From: Eledone cirrhosa
Taxonomy: Eukaryota
Length of the DNA stretch: 64,000 bases
Assembly (NCBI GenBank): GCA_964016885.1
Contig: CAXHJY010000565.1
Coordinates: 124,001-188,000 of the forward strand
Reading direction: 5' to 3'
Shown: one piece after another, positions 29,910 through 44,721 of the stretch
Layout of the letters: the number at the start of each line of letters is the position of its first letter
Position numbering within the stretch: position 1 is the first letter of the stretch
The notes under the pieces: model-generated
The model's database searches: none
Told to the model about the DNA's origin: nothing
What the model saw: only the letters and a program-made list of their open reading frames with translations
Translations under genes and position numbers: made by a program

Positions 29910-30163
29910 TAAAATAAAGTTAAATAAAAGTCAAATGATTAAAATTTAGCTTCGTTTATTACTGCTATATATATTTCAGTGACAGCCATCTTTGGCTGTG
30001 ACCTCTTCAGGCAGTTTAAATTAGTATGGTATAGACAAGTACATATGTTATTTTCCAAACTGCCTGAAGAGGTCACAGCCAAAGATGGCTGTCACTGAAA
30101 TATATATAGCAGTGATAAACGAAGTTAAATTTTAATCATTTGACTTTTATTTAACTTTATTTT
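29910..30163. repeat. Fold-back with two divergent hammerheads (- strand 29961-30015, + strand 30059-30113)
   Basis: actgc CTGAAGA ggtcacagcc aaaga tggctgtcact GAAAT ATAT ATA gcagt on both strands. Confidence 0.9.
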
Positions 30164-30526
30164 ATATATAAGTATATATATATAAGTATATAAATATATA
30201 TATATAAGTATATAAATATATATATATAAGTATATATATATAAGTATATAAATATATATATATAAGTATATATATATAAGTATATAAATATATATATATA
30301 AGTATATAAATATATATATATATATAAGTATATAAATATATATATATAAGTATATATATATATAAGTATATAAATATATATATATAAGTATATATATATA
30401 TAAGTATATAAATATATATATATAAGTATATATATATAAGTATATAAATATATATATATAAGTATATATATATAAGTATATAAATATATATATATATAAG
30501 TACATATATATAAATATATATATATA

Positions 30527-30886
30527 AGTATAAAGAAAAAGAGATGAAATCGAAAATGCAACGGGAGTCTTATTTTTTTTTTTAAATATATATATTTATT
30601 TGGTTCCTTTACCGGTTTCGCAGTTCTTCTGCTTTTCAAAAGTAGAGTTGAGATGGAGGGTCTGTGGTTTTTCTCACATCTGAGGAACCACAGACCCTCC
30701 ATCTCAACTCTACTTTTGAAAAGCAGAAGAACTGCGAAACCGGTAAAGGAACCAAATAAATATATATATTTTTTTTTAAAATAAGACTCCAGTTGCATTT
30801 TCGATTTCATCTCTTTTTCTTTATACTTTCACTCGTGTAGGACACTTCGGTTATTTTTCAATTTGTAAAAGAAATCTCACTTTCTA
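30527..30886. repeat. Fold-back with two U3:A8 hammerheads (- strand 30606-30642, + strand 30713-30749)
   Basis: About 140-bp inverted arms; ctt TTGAAAA gcagaagaactgc GAAACCGGTA aagg. Confidence 0.82.
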
Positions 30887-30911
30887 ATATATAAGTATAT
30901 ATATATAAATA

Positions 30912-31009
<98 letters not shown>

Positions 31010-31085
31010 TATATATATATAAATATATATATATATAAATATATATATATATAAATATATATATATAGATAAATATATATATATA

Positions 31086-33881
31086 TTGGAATAAATGCTC
31101 TGAAATAGCGATATATATGTGAATATAGACATAGAATATTCGAAAATATTCTGTATGTTTATAATAAACATTTTGAAGACCTAATCGCTATAGAATAGAA
31201 TACGTCACGTATTACAATTAGATTCTCGATAAAAGCAAGGGAAGTAATCTACGCGTTTCATTCTTGTTAGAAATCTTCAGGACTACATATCCAGTGCTTT
31301 TATCGAGAATGACACAGCTAGAGACTTATAGAATACTTAGCTGTGTACAGGAACTGGTTTGAAAGAGCGGTTGCCGGTCCGGCAGAAATTAGGAATTGGA
31401 ATAAATGCTCTGAAATAGCGATATATATGTGAATATAGACATAGAATATTCGAAAATATTCTGTATGTTTATAATAAACATTTTGAAGACCTAATCGCTA
31501 TAGAATAGAATACGTCACGTATTACAATTAGATTCTCGATAAAGGCAAGGGAAGTAATCTACGCGTTTCATTCTTGTTAGAAATCTTCAGGACTACATAT
31601 CCAGTGCTTTTATCGAGAATGACACAGCTAGAGACTTATAGAATACTTAGCTGTGTACAGGAACTGGTTTGAAAGAGCGGTTGCCGGTCCGGCAGAAATT
31701 AGAAATTGGAATAAATGCTCTGAAATAGCGATATATATGTGAATATAGACATAGAATATTCGAAAATATTCTGTATGTTTATAATAAACATTTTGAAGAC
31801 CTAATCGCTATAGAATAGAATACGTCACGTATTACAATTAGATTCTCGATAAAAGCAAGGGAAGTAATCTACGCGTTTCATTCTTGTTAGAAATCTTCAG
31901 GACTACATATCCAGTGCTTTTATCGAGAATGACACAGCTAGAGACTTATAGAATACTTAGCTGTGTACAGGAACTGGTTTGAAAGAGCGGTTGCCGGTCC
32001 GGCAGAAATTAGAAATTGGAATAAATGCTCTGAAATAGCGATATATATGTGAATATAGACATAGAATATTCGAAAATATTCTGTATGTTTATAATAAACA
32101 TTTTGAAGACCTAATCGCTATAGAATAGAATACGTCACGTATTACAATTAGATTCTCGATAAAAGCAAGGGAAGTAATCTACGCGTTTCATTCTTGTTAG
32201 AAATCTTCAGGACTACATATCCAGTGCTTTTATCGAGAATGACACAGCTAGAGACTATTCTATAGCGATTAGGTCTTCAAAATGTTTATTATAAACATAC
32301 AGAATATTTTCGAATATTCTATGTCTATATTCACATATATATCGCTATTTCAGAGCATTTATTCCAATTTCTAATTTCTGCCGGACCGGCAACCGCTCTT
32401 TCAAACCAGTTCCTGTACACAGCTAAGTATTCTATAAGTCTCTAGCTGTGTCATTCTCGATAAAAGCACTGGATATGTAGTCCTGAAGATTTCTAACAAG
32501 AATGAAACGCGTAGATTACTTCCCTTGCTTTTATCGAGAATCTAATTGTAATACGTGACGTATTCTATTCTATAGCGATTAGGTCTTCAAAATGTTTATT
32601 ATAAACATACAGAATATTTTCGAATATTCTATGTCTATATTCACATATATATCGCTATTTCAGAGCATTTATTCCAATTTCTAATTTCTGCCGGACCGGC
32701 AACCGCTCTTTCAAACCAGTTCCTGTACACAGCTAAGTATTCTATAAGTCTCTAGCTGTGTCATTCTCGATAAAAGCACTGGATATGTAGTCCTGAAGAT
32801 TTCTAACAAGAATGAAACGCGTAGATTACTTCCCTTGCTTTTATCGAGAATCTAATTGTAATACGTGACGTATTCTATTCTATAGCGATTAGGTCTTCAA
32901 AATGTTTATTATAAACATACAGAATATTTTCGAATATTCTATGTCTATATTCACATATATATCGCTATTTCAGAGCATTTATTCCAATTTCTAATTTCTG
33001 CCGGACCGGCAACCGCTCTTTCAAACCAGTTCCTGTACACAGCTAAGTATTCTATAAGTCTCTAGCTGTGTCATTCTCGATAAAAGCACTGGATATGTAG
33101 TCCTGAAGATTTCTAACAAGAATGAAACGCGTAGATTACTTCCCTTGCTTTTATCGAGAATCTAATTGTAATACGTGACGTATTCTATTCTGTAGCGATT
33201 AGGTCTTCAAAATGTTTATTATAAACATACAGAATATTTTCGAATATTCTATGTCTATATTCACATATATATCGCTATTTCAGAGCATTTATTCCAATTT
33301 CTAATTTCTGCCGGACCGGCAACCGCTCTTTCAAACCAGTTCCTGTACACAGCTAAGTATTCTATAAGTCTCTAGCTGTGTCATTCTCGATAAAAGCACT
33401 GGATATGTAGTCCTGAAGATTTCTAACAAGAATGAAACGCGTAGATTACTTCCCTTGCTTTTATCGAGAATCTAATTGTAATACGTGACGTATTCTATTC
33501 TATAGCGATTAGGTCTTCAAAATGTTTATTATAAACATACAGAATATTTTCGAATATTCTATGTCTATATTCACATATATATCGCTATTTCAGAGCATTT
33601 ATTCCAATTTCTAATTTCTGCCGGACCGGCAACCGCTCTTTCAAACCAGTTCCTGTACACAGCTAAGTATTCTATAAGTCTCTAGCTGTGTCATTCTCGA
33701 TAAAAGCACTGGATATGTAGTCCTGAAGATTTCTAACAAGAATGAAACGCGTAGATTACTTCCCTTGCTTTTATCGAGAATCTAATTGTAATACGTGACG
33801 TATTCTATTCTATAGCGATTAGGTCTTCAAAATGTTTATTATAAACATACAGAATATTTTCGAATATTCTATGTCTATATT

Positions 33882-33888
<7 letters not shown>
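31086..33888. repeat. Head-to-head concatemer of a 310-bp hammerhead unit (about 3.8 + 5.3 copies)
   Basis: Period 310 (tacgtcacgt at 31201/31511/31821/32131); inversion near 32256; HHR gtagtc CTGAAGA tttct aaca agaat GAAAC GC GTA gattac on - at 31244, 31554, 31864, 32174 and on + at 32477, 32787, 33097, 33407, 33717. Confidence 0.95.
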
Positions 33889-33937
<49 letters not shown>

Positions 33938-33987
33938 TATATAAATATATATATATAAGTATATATATATAAATATATATATATAAG

Positions 33988-34019
<32 letters not shown>

Positions 34020-34085
34020 AATATTTATATATATATATATATAAATATATCTATATATATAAGTATATAAATATATATATATAAG

Positions 34086-34117
<32 letters not shown>

Positions 34118-34221
34118 ACAATATAAATATATATATATATATATATAACAATATAAATATATATATATATAAGTATATAAATATATATATATATATATAT
34201 ATAAGTATATAAATATATATA

Positions 34222-37200
34222 TATAAAAACAAATAACGAAACGAAATTAAATTTCGTTTCGTTTGTAACTCACTTTTGTATGACTGACGCTTAAACAATT
34301 AAATTAAAAATGTACATCCACATATGTATACTGAAATACTAGTATGCATATGAATACACACACGTGTACATATGTAGATGTACCGAGTTTTTCACTGGAC
34401 ACTTTACTGTGAGTGTCCAGCTATTCTGTATGTAAACACACAGACAAACCGGTTTTTAGAGTCATACTGGTTTTCGAGGAAACACCTTTCCTCTATTCTC
34501 CAGAAAGCCAGACAAGGAATATTGGACTAGTTTCGATGTTGTTACATCTCATCAGCAATATTTACCTATCTTCCGGCCTTTCTAGAGAATCGTAAAAGCA
34601 CATATCGTTATATGCTTTTTCTATGAAAATTAGTAGTGGGCAGACTAATTTGCATAGAGCGTGAGTACGTACCGGTTCAGCGGAGACGATAAAAACAAAT
34701 AACGAAACGAAATTAAATTTCGTTTCGTTTGTAACTCACTTTTGTATGACTGACGCTTAAACAATTAAATTAAAAATGTACATCCACATATGTATACTGA
34801 AATACTAGTATGCATATGAATACACACACGTGTACATATGTAGATGTACCGAGTTTTTCACTGGACACTTTACTGTGAGTGTCCAGCTATTCTGTATGTA
34901 AACACACAGACAAACCGGTTTTTAGAGTCATACTGGTTTTCGAGGAAACACCTTTCCTCTATTCTCCAGAAAGCCAGACAAGGAATATTGGACTAGTTTC
35001 GATGTTGTTACATCTCATCAGCAATATTTACCTATCTTCCGGCCTTTCTAGAGAATCGTAAAAGCACATATCGTTATATGCTTTTTCTATGAAAATTAGT
35101 AGTGGGCAGACTAATTTGCATAGAGCGTGAGTACGTACCGGTTCAGCGGAGACGATAAAAACAAATAACGAAACGAAATTAAATTTCGTTTCGTTTGTAA
35201 CTCACTTTTGTATGACTGACGCTTAAACAATTAAATTAAAAATGTACATCCACATATGTATACTGAAATACTAGTATGCATATGAATACACACACGTGTA
35301 CATATGTAGATGTACCGAGTTTTTCACTGGACACTTTACTGTGAGTGTCCAGCTATTCTGTATGTAAACACACAGACAAACCGGTTTTTAGAGTCATACT
35401 GGTTTTCGAGGAAACACCTTTCCTCTATTCTCCAGAAAGCCAGACAAGGAATATTGGACTAGTTTCGATGTTGTTACATCTCATCAGCAATATTTACCTA
35501 TCTTCCGGCCTTTCTAGAGAATCGTAAAAGCACATATCGTTATATGCTTTTTCTATGAAAATTAGTAGTGGGCAGACTAATTTGCATAGAGCGTGAGTAC
35601 GTACCGGTTCAGCGGAGACGATAAAAACAAATAACGAAACGAAATTAAATTTCGTTTCGTTTGTAACTCACTTTTGTATGACTGACGCTTAAACAATTAA
35701 ATTAAAAATGTACATCCACATATGTATACTGAAATACTAGTATGCATATGAATACACACACGTGTACATATGTAGATGTACCGAGTTTTTCACTGGACAC
35801 TTTACTGTGAGTGTCCAGCTATTCTGTATGTAAACACACAGACAAACCGGTTTTTAGAGTCATACTGGTTTTCGAGGAAACACCTTTCCTCTATTCTCCA
35901 GAAAGCCAGACAAGGAATATTGGACTAGTTTCGATGTTGTTACATCTCATCAGCAATATTTACCTATCTTCCGGCCTTTCTAGAGAATCGTAAAAGCACA
36001 TATCGTTATATGCTTTTTCTATGAAAATTAGTAGTGGGCAGACTAATTTGCATAGAGCGTGAGTACGTACCGGTTCAGCGGAGACGATAAAAACAAATAA
36101 CGAAACGAAATTAAATTTCGTTTCGTTTGTAACTCACTTTTGTATGACTGACGCTTAAACAATTAAATTAAAAATGTACATCCACATATGTATACTGAAA
36201 TACTAGTATGCATATGAATACACACACGTGTACATATGTAGATGTACCGAGTTTTTCACTGGACACTTTACTGTGAGTGTCCAGCTATTCTGTATGTAAA
36301 CACACAGACAAACCGGTTTTTAGAGTCATACTGGTTTTCGAGGAAACACCTTTCCTCTATTCTCCAGAAAGCCAGACAAGGAATATTGGACTAGTTTCGA
36401 TGTTGTTACATCTCATCAGCAATATTTACCTATCTTCCGGCCTTTCTAGAGAATCGTAAAAGCACATATCGTTATATGCTTTTTCTATGAAAATTAGTAG
36501 TGGGCAGACTAATTTGCATAGAGCGTGAGTACGTACCGGTTCAGCGGAGACGATAAAAACAAATAACGAAACGAAATTAAATTTCGTTTCGTTTGTAACT
36601 CACTTTTGTATGACTGACGCTTAAACAATTAAATTAAAAATGTACATCCACATATGTATACTGAAATACTAGTATGCATATGAATACACACACGTGTACA
36701 TATGTAGATGTACCGAGTTTTTCACTGGACACTTTACTGTGAGTGTCCAGCTATTCTGTATGTAAACACACAGACAAACCGGTTTTTAGAGTCATACTGG
36801 TTTTCGAGGAAACACCTTTCCTCTATTCTCCAGAAAGCCAGACAAGGAATATTGGACTAGTTTCGATGTTGTTACATCTCATCAGCAATATTTACCTATC
36901 TTCCGGCCTTTCTAGAGAATCGTAAAAGCACATATCGTTATATGCTTTTTCTATGAAAATTAGTAGTGGGCAGACTAATTTGCATAGAGCGTGAGTACGT
37001 ACCGGTTCAGCGGAGACGATAAAAACAAATAACGAAACGAAATTAAATTTCGTTTCGTTTGTAACTCACTTTTGTATGACTGACGCTTAAACAATTAAAT
37101 TAAAAATGTACATCCACATATGTATACTGAAATACTAGTATGCATATGAATACACACACGTGTACATATGTAGATGTACCGAGTTTTTCACTGGACACTT

Positions 37201-40200
37201 TACTGTGAGTGTCCAGCTATTCTGTATGTAAACACACAGACAAACCGGTTTTTAGAGTCATACTGGTTTTCGAGGAAACACCTTTCCTCTATTCTCCAGA
37301 AAGCCAGACAAGGAATATTGGACTAGTTTCGATGTTGTTACATCTCATCAGCAATATTTACCTATCTTCCGGCCTTTCTAGAGAATCGTAAAAGCACATA
37401 TCGTTATATGCTTTTTCTATGAAAATTAGTAGTGGGCAGACTAATTTGCATAGAGCGTGAGTACGTACCGGTTCAGCGGAGACGATAAAAACAAATAACG
37501 AAACGAAATTAAATTTCGTTTCGTTTGTAACTCACTTTTGTATGACTGACGCTTAAACAATTAAATTAAAAATGTACATCCACATATGTATACTGAAATA
37601 CTAGTATGCATATGAATACACACACGTGTACATATGTAGATGTACCGAGTTTTTCACTGGACACTTTACTGTGAGTGTCCAGCTATTCTGTATGTAAACA
37701 CACAGACAAACCGGTTTTTAGAGTCATACTGGTTTTCGAGGAAACACCTTTCCTCTATTCTCCAGAAAGCCAGACAAGGAATATTGGACTAGTTTCGATG
37801 TTGTTACATCTCATCAGCAATATTTACCTATCTTCCGGCCTTTCTAGAGAATCGTAAAAGCACATATCGTTATATGCTTTTTCTATGAAAATTAGTAGTG
37901 GGCAGACTAATTTGCATAGAGCGTGAGTACGTACCGGTTCAGCGGAGACGATAAAAACAAATAACGAAACGAAATTAAATTTCGTTTCGTTTGTAACTCA
38001 CTTTTGTATGACTGACGCTTAAACAATTAAATTAAAAATGTACATCCACATATGTATACTGAAATACTAGTATGCATATGAATACACACACGTGTACATA
38101 TGTAGATGTACCGAGTTTTTCACTGGACACTTTACTGTGAGTGTCCAGCTATTCTGTATGTAAACACACAGACAAACCGGTTTTTAGAGTCATACTGGTT
38201 TTCGAGGAAACACCTTTCCTCTATTCTCCAGAAAGCCAGACAAGGAATATTGGACTAGTTTCGATGTTGTTACATCTCATCAGCAATATTTACCTATCTT
38301 CCGGCCTTTCTAGAGAATCGTAAAAGCACATATCGTTATATGCTTTTTCTATGAAAATTAGTAGTGGGCAGACTAATTTGCATAGAGCGTGAGTACGTAC
38401 CGGTTCAGCGGAGACGATAAAAACAAATAACGAAACGAAATTAAATTTCGTTTCGTTTGTAACTCACTTTTGTATGACTGACGCTTAAACAATTAAATTA
38501 AAAATGTGTGTTTACATACAGAATAGCTGGACACTCACAGTAAAGTGTCCAGTGAAAAACTCGGTACATCTACATATGTACACGTGTGTGTATTCATATG
38601 CATACTAGTATTTCAGTATACATATGTGGATGTACATTTTTAATTTAATTGTTTAAGCGTCAGTCATACAAAAGTGAGTTACAAACGAAACGAAATTTAA
38701 TTTCGTTTCGTTATTTGTTTTTATCGTCTCCGCTGAACCGGTACGTACTCACGCTCTATGCAAATTAGTCTGCCCACTACTAATTTTCATAGAAAAAGCA
38801 TATAACGATATGTGCTTTTACGATTCTCTAGAAAGGCCGGAAGATAGGTAAATATTGCTGATGAGATGTAACAACATCGAAACTAGTCCAATATTCCTTG
38901 TCTGGCTTTCTGGAGAATAGAGGAAAGGTGTTTCCTCGAAAACCAGTATGACTCTAAAAACCGGTTTGTCTGTGTGTTTACATACAGAATAGCTGGACAC
39001 TCACAGTAAAGTGTCCAGTGAAAAACTCGGTACATCTACATATGTACACGTGTGTGTATTCATATGCATACTAGTATTTCAGTATACATATGTGGATGTA
39101 CATTTTTAATTTAATTGTTTAAGCGTCAGTCATACAAAAGTGAGTTACAAACGAAACGAAATTTAATTTCGTTTCGTTATTTGTTTTTATCGTCTCCGCT
39201 GAACCGGTACGTACTCACGCTCTATGCAAATTAGTCTGCCCACTACTAATTTTCATAGAAAAAGCATATAACGATATGTGCTTTTACGATTCTCTAGAAA
39301 GGCCGGAAGATAGGTAAATATTGCTGATGAGATGTAACAACATCGAAACTAGTCCAATATTCCTTGTCTGGCTTTCTGGAGAATAGAGGAAAGGTGTTTC
39401 CTCGAAAACCAGTATGACTCTAAAAACCGGTTTGTCTGTGTGTTTACATACAGAATAGCTGGACACTCACAGTAAAGTGTCCAGTGAAAAACTCGGTACA
39501 TCTACATATGTACACGTGTGTGTATTCATATGCATACTAGTATTTCAGTATACATATGTGGATGTACATTTTTAATTTAATTGTTTAAGCGTCAGTCATA
39601 CAAAAGTGAGTTACAAACGAAACGAAATTTAATTTCGTTTCGTTATTTGTTTTTATCGTCTCCGCTGAACCGGTACGTACTCACGCTCTATGCAAATTAG
39701 TCTGCCCACTACTAATTTTCATAGAAAAAGCATATAACGATATGTGCTTTTACGATTCTCTAGAAAGGCCGGAAGATAGGTAAATATTGCTGATGAGATG
39801 TAACAACATCGAAACTAGTCCAATATTCCTTGTCTGGCTTTCTGGAGAATAGAGGAAAGGTGTTTCCTCGAAAACCAGTATGACTCTAAAAACCGGTTTG
39901 TCTGTGTGTTTACATACAGAATAGCTGGACACTCACAGTAAAGTGTCCAGTGAAAAACTCGGTACATCTACATATGTACACGTGTGTGTATTCATATGCA
40001 TACTAGTATTTCAGTATACATATGTGGATGTACATTTTTAATTTAATTGTTTAAGCGTCAGTCATACAAAAGTGAGTTACAAACGAAACGAAATTTAATT
40101 TCGTTTCGTTATTTGTTTTTATCGTCTCCGCTGAACCGGTACGTACTCACGCTCTATGCAAATTAGTCTGCCCACTACTAATTTTCATAGAAAAAGCATA

Positions 40201-41915
40201 TAACGATATGTGCTTTTACGATTCTCTAGAAAGGCCGGAAGATAGGTAAATATTGCTGATGAGATGTAACAACATCGAAACTAGTCCAATATTCCTTGTC
40301 TGGCTTTCTGGAGAATAGAGGAAAGGTGTTTCCTCGAAAACCAGTATGACTCTAAAAACCGGTTTGTCTGTGTGTTTACATACAGAATAGCTGGACACTC
40401 ACAGTAAAGTGTCCAGTGAAAAACTCGGTACATCTACATATGTACACGTGTGTGTATTCATATGCATACTAGTATTTCAGTATACATATGTGGATGTACA
40501 TTTTTAATTTAATTGTTTAAGCGTCAGTCATACAAAAGTGAGTTACAAACGAAACGAAATTTAATTTCGTTTCGTTATTTGTTTTTATCGTCTCCGCTGA
40601 ACCGGTACGTACTCACGCTCTATGCAAATTAGTCTGCCCACTACTAATTTTCATAGAAAAAGCATATAACGATATGTGCTTTTACGATTCTCTAGAAAGG
40701 CCGGAAGATAGGTAAATATTGCTGATGAGATGTAACAACATCGAAACTAGTCCAATATTCCTTGTCTGGCTTTCTGGAGAATAGAGGAAAGGTGTTTCCT
40801 CGAAAACCAGTATGACTCTAAAAACCGGTTTGTCTGTGTGTTTACATACAGAATAGCTGGACACTCACAGTAAAGTGTCCAGTGAAAAACTCGGTACATC
40901 TACATATGTACACGTGTGTGTATTCATATGCATACTAGTATTTCAGTATACATATGTGGATGTACATTTTTAATTTAATTGTTTAAGCGTCAGTCATACA
41001 AAAGTGAGTTACAAACGAAACGAAATTTAATTTCGTTTCGTTATTTGTTTTTATCGTCTCCGCTGAACCGGTACGTACTCACGCTCTATGCAAATTAGTC
41101 TGCCCACTACTAATTTTCATAGAAAAAGCATATAACGATATGTGCTTTTACGATTCTCTAGAAAGGCCGGAAGATAGGTAAATATTGCTGATGAGATGTA
41201 ACAACATCGAAACTAGTCCAATATTCCTTGTCTGGCTTTCTGGAGAATAGAGGAAAGGTGTTTCCTCGAAAACCAGTATGACTCTAAAAACCGGTTTGTC
41301 TGTGTGTTTACATACAGAATAGCTGGACACTCACAGTAAAGTGTCCAGTGAAAAACTCGGTACATCTACATATGTACACGTGTGTGTATTCATATGCATA
41401 CTAGTATTTCAGTATACATATGTGGATGTACATTTTTAATTTAATTGTTTAAGCGTCAGTCATACAAAAGTGAGTTACAAACGAAACGAAATTTAATTTC
41501 GTTTCGTTATTTGTTTTTATCGTCTCCGCTGAACCGGTACGTACTCACGCTCTATGCAAATTAGTCTGCCCACTACTAATTTTCATAGAAAAAGCATATA
41601 ACGATATGTGCTTTTACGATTCTCTAGAAAGGCCGGAAGATAGGTAAATATTGCTGATGAGATGTAACAACATCGAAACTAGTCCAATATTCCTTGTCTG
41701 GCTTTCTGGAGAATAGAGGAAAGGTGTTTCCTCGAAAACCAGTATGACTCTAAAAACCGGTTTGTCTGTGTGTTTACATACAGAATAGCTGGACACTCAC
41801 AGTAAAGTGTCCAGTGAAAAACTCGGTACATCTACATATGTACACGTGTGTGTATTCATATGCATACTAGTATTTCAGTATACATATGTGGATGTACATT
41901 TTTAATTTAATTGTT
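34222..41915. repeat. Head-to-head concatemer of a 466-bp hammerhead unit (about 9.2 + 7.3 copies)
   Basis: Period 466; inversion near 38507; HHR aatattg CTGATGA gatgt aaca acatc GAAAC TA GTC caatatt, 9 on - (first 34518-34562) and 7 on + (first 38851-38895). Confidence 0.96.
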
Positions 41916-41945
41916 TTTTAATTTAATTATATATATATATATAAG

Positions 41946-41993
<48 letters not shown>

Positions 41994-42045
41994 TATATAA
42001 ATATATATATATATATAAGTATATAAATATATATATATATATAAG

Positions 42046-42089
<44 letters not shown>

Positions 42090-42295
42090 TATATAAATAT
42101 ATATATATATAAGTATATAAATATATATATATATATAAGTATATAAATATATATATATATATATAAGTATATATATATAAGTATATATATATATAAGTAT
42201 ATATATATGAGTATATATATATATATAAGTATATATATATAAGTATATATATATACTTATATATATATATATATATATATACTTATATATATATA

Positions 42296-42331
<36 letters not shown>

Positions 42332-42450
42332 TATATATATATATATATATAAGTATATATATATAAGTATATATATATATATATAAGTATATATATATAT
42401 AAGTATATATATATATAAGTATATATATATATAAGTATATATATATATAA

Positions 42451-42551
<101 letters not shown>

Positions 42552-42563
42552 TATATATATATA

Positions 42564-42609
<46 letters not shown>

Positions 42610-42650
42610 ATATATATATTACATATATATATATATATATATATATATAA

Positions 42651-42741
<91 letters not shown>

Positions 42742-42800
42742 TATATATATATATATATATATATATATAAGTATATATATAAGTATATATATATATATAC

Positions 42801-43119
42801 ATTAATAAGAGGAATTCGAACTTTGTCTGATTTACTCGTTTTATTTACAATCCTTTAAAATATATAATGGTATTATAATGAAATAGTATGATAGAATATT
42901 AAATTCTAAGTGTTAATTGAACAAGTACTTTCATGCTTTCGCAATCTTCAGGTTCATAATATGTGGTGACAGTCAAGTTTGCAAATGCAAACTTGACTGT
43001 CAATTAACACTTAGAATTTAATATTCTATCATACTATTTCATTATAATACCATTATATATTTTAAAGGATTGTAAATAAAACGAGTAAATCAGACAAAGT
43101 TGGAATTCCTCTTATTAAT
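42801..43119. repeat. Fold-back (120-bp arms) with a - strand hammerhead at 42918-42956
   Basis: Minus strand: tgaac CTGAAGA t tgc gaaa gca t GAAAG TA CTT gttca; central hairpin 42967-43002. Confidence 0.85.
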
Positions 43120-43176
43120 ATAATCTTCTATACACAATCATACACACCCGTGTATATTTACCTATCTATCTATATA

Positions 43177-43835
43177 GGAAACCGTTGCACACGCATTGGT
43201 ACACTGCTCGGGCGTAGCCGATCTGTGGGGCTATGTCGAACAACTGCTGTCAAGGGTGGGACCGATCCGGTTGACCACCGAGTCTATTGTAATGATCAAG
43301 CCGCCTCCCCCCTTCAAAGATGAAGCAGAGGCGGTGTTTCTGTGCGTAATAGCCATGGCGAAACAGGTTGTATGGTGGACGCGTCTGAAAGGACTGAGGT
43401 CGGGCACCTTTCTCTCTGGCCAACAACTGGTCCGTTTCTTCCGATATCATTTCGGAAGAAGGATCAGGATGGAGAGAGAGGTGCTGCACCCCAGCCGTTT
43501 CTATGAAAGATGGGTGAAAGTGGCGAGAATGGCCCGTGTGAATGGGCCTTCACTCTACATCAGACTATAGGTGAGGAAGATGAAAGACCAAGGGAGCACC
43601 CCTTCTCTGTGCTCCTGAGGAGTAGGGTTGCACACTTTTTTCGGGGGTGTGTGCGACCCCCCAAGGCGCCTCCTCTCTATTGAGGATTTTGTTAAAAATT
43701 TTATTTTTTGTTATATCTTATTTTATTTTTATATTTTGTTATTGCCTCCTCCTTATTGAGGACGCCTTTTTGTGTAAACTCCCCCCTTTGTACTTGTCCC
43801 ACTTTTGATGCCCTAGTGGCAAATAAAAGAAATAT
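43177..43835 (+). mobile_element. Tx1-like LINE 3' fragment
   Basis: ETVAHALVHC...WWTRLKGLRS...WVKVARMARVNGP, close to 14.1-14.45 kb; tail gcaaataaaagaaatatatcta. Confidence 0.9.
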
Positions 43836-43836
43836 A

Positions 43837-43906
<70 letters not shown>

Positions 43907-44119
43907 TATATATATATATAAGTATATATATATATAAGTATATATATAAGTATATATATATAAGTATATATATATATAAGTATATATATATAAATATATA
44001 TATATAAGCATTTGAAATTACTATTTTATATTTTATGGCGGAGGGGGTGTTAAGTCTTTTAAATATATATTATATATATGTATAATTTGCATATTATTAG
44101 CGCTGTTGTTAGTAGTTAA

Positions 44120-44238
<119 letters not shown>

Positions 44239-44721
44239 GGATACTATTTATGGTTATGTATATACTAAAACTTTTTATAGTTATGTATATTTTAAACCCT
44301 AAACAGTGAAGGTCAGTAATTTATTACTACCTTATTACCAGTAAGGTAAATAGCTCAATGTAAGAACATCCGAAGCCTCCAAGCCTAGGTTTGGATGAAA
44401 CAATTGTAAGTGAATAAATGCTTTGAACATAGCTTTGATTCTTGTATATATATATATATATATATATTAAGTTGTGCGCTAAGCAGCCGAAGTATATGAT
44501 AAAGATATATCTGTATATATAAAGAATAGTGGTCGGCGAGAAAGTGTTACGTATTTCCTTGTGGTTGTTTAAATGCTATACCCACTCTCTGATGAGGAAC
44601 CCAACTAAGTTTTATTAAACGTATTTGTAGTCTTTTGTTTTCAATTTATTGCGTAAATTCATATAAACTTATATAAATATTTACATATTTGCTGCAGTTC
44701 AATCAGCTGTCAAAAATGAAT

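Noticed and set aside
34413-41796. Sixteen identical 60-aa ORFs (MSSYSVCKH...)
   Set aside because: GTG start, antisense to the ribozyme strand, no recognisable domain; a by-product of the repeat
31086-41915. CRISPR-like array or simple centromeric satellite
   Set aside because: No variable spacers and eukaryotic context; units are identical and each carries a hammerhead
44340-44620. Hammerhead-like motifs (GAAACAATTGTA near 44397; CTGATGAG near 44589)
   Set aside because: Partner core strand is degenerate or missing; not counted as ribozymes
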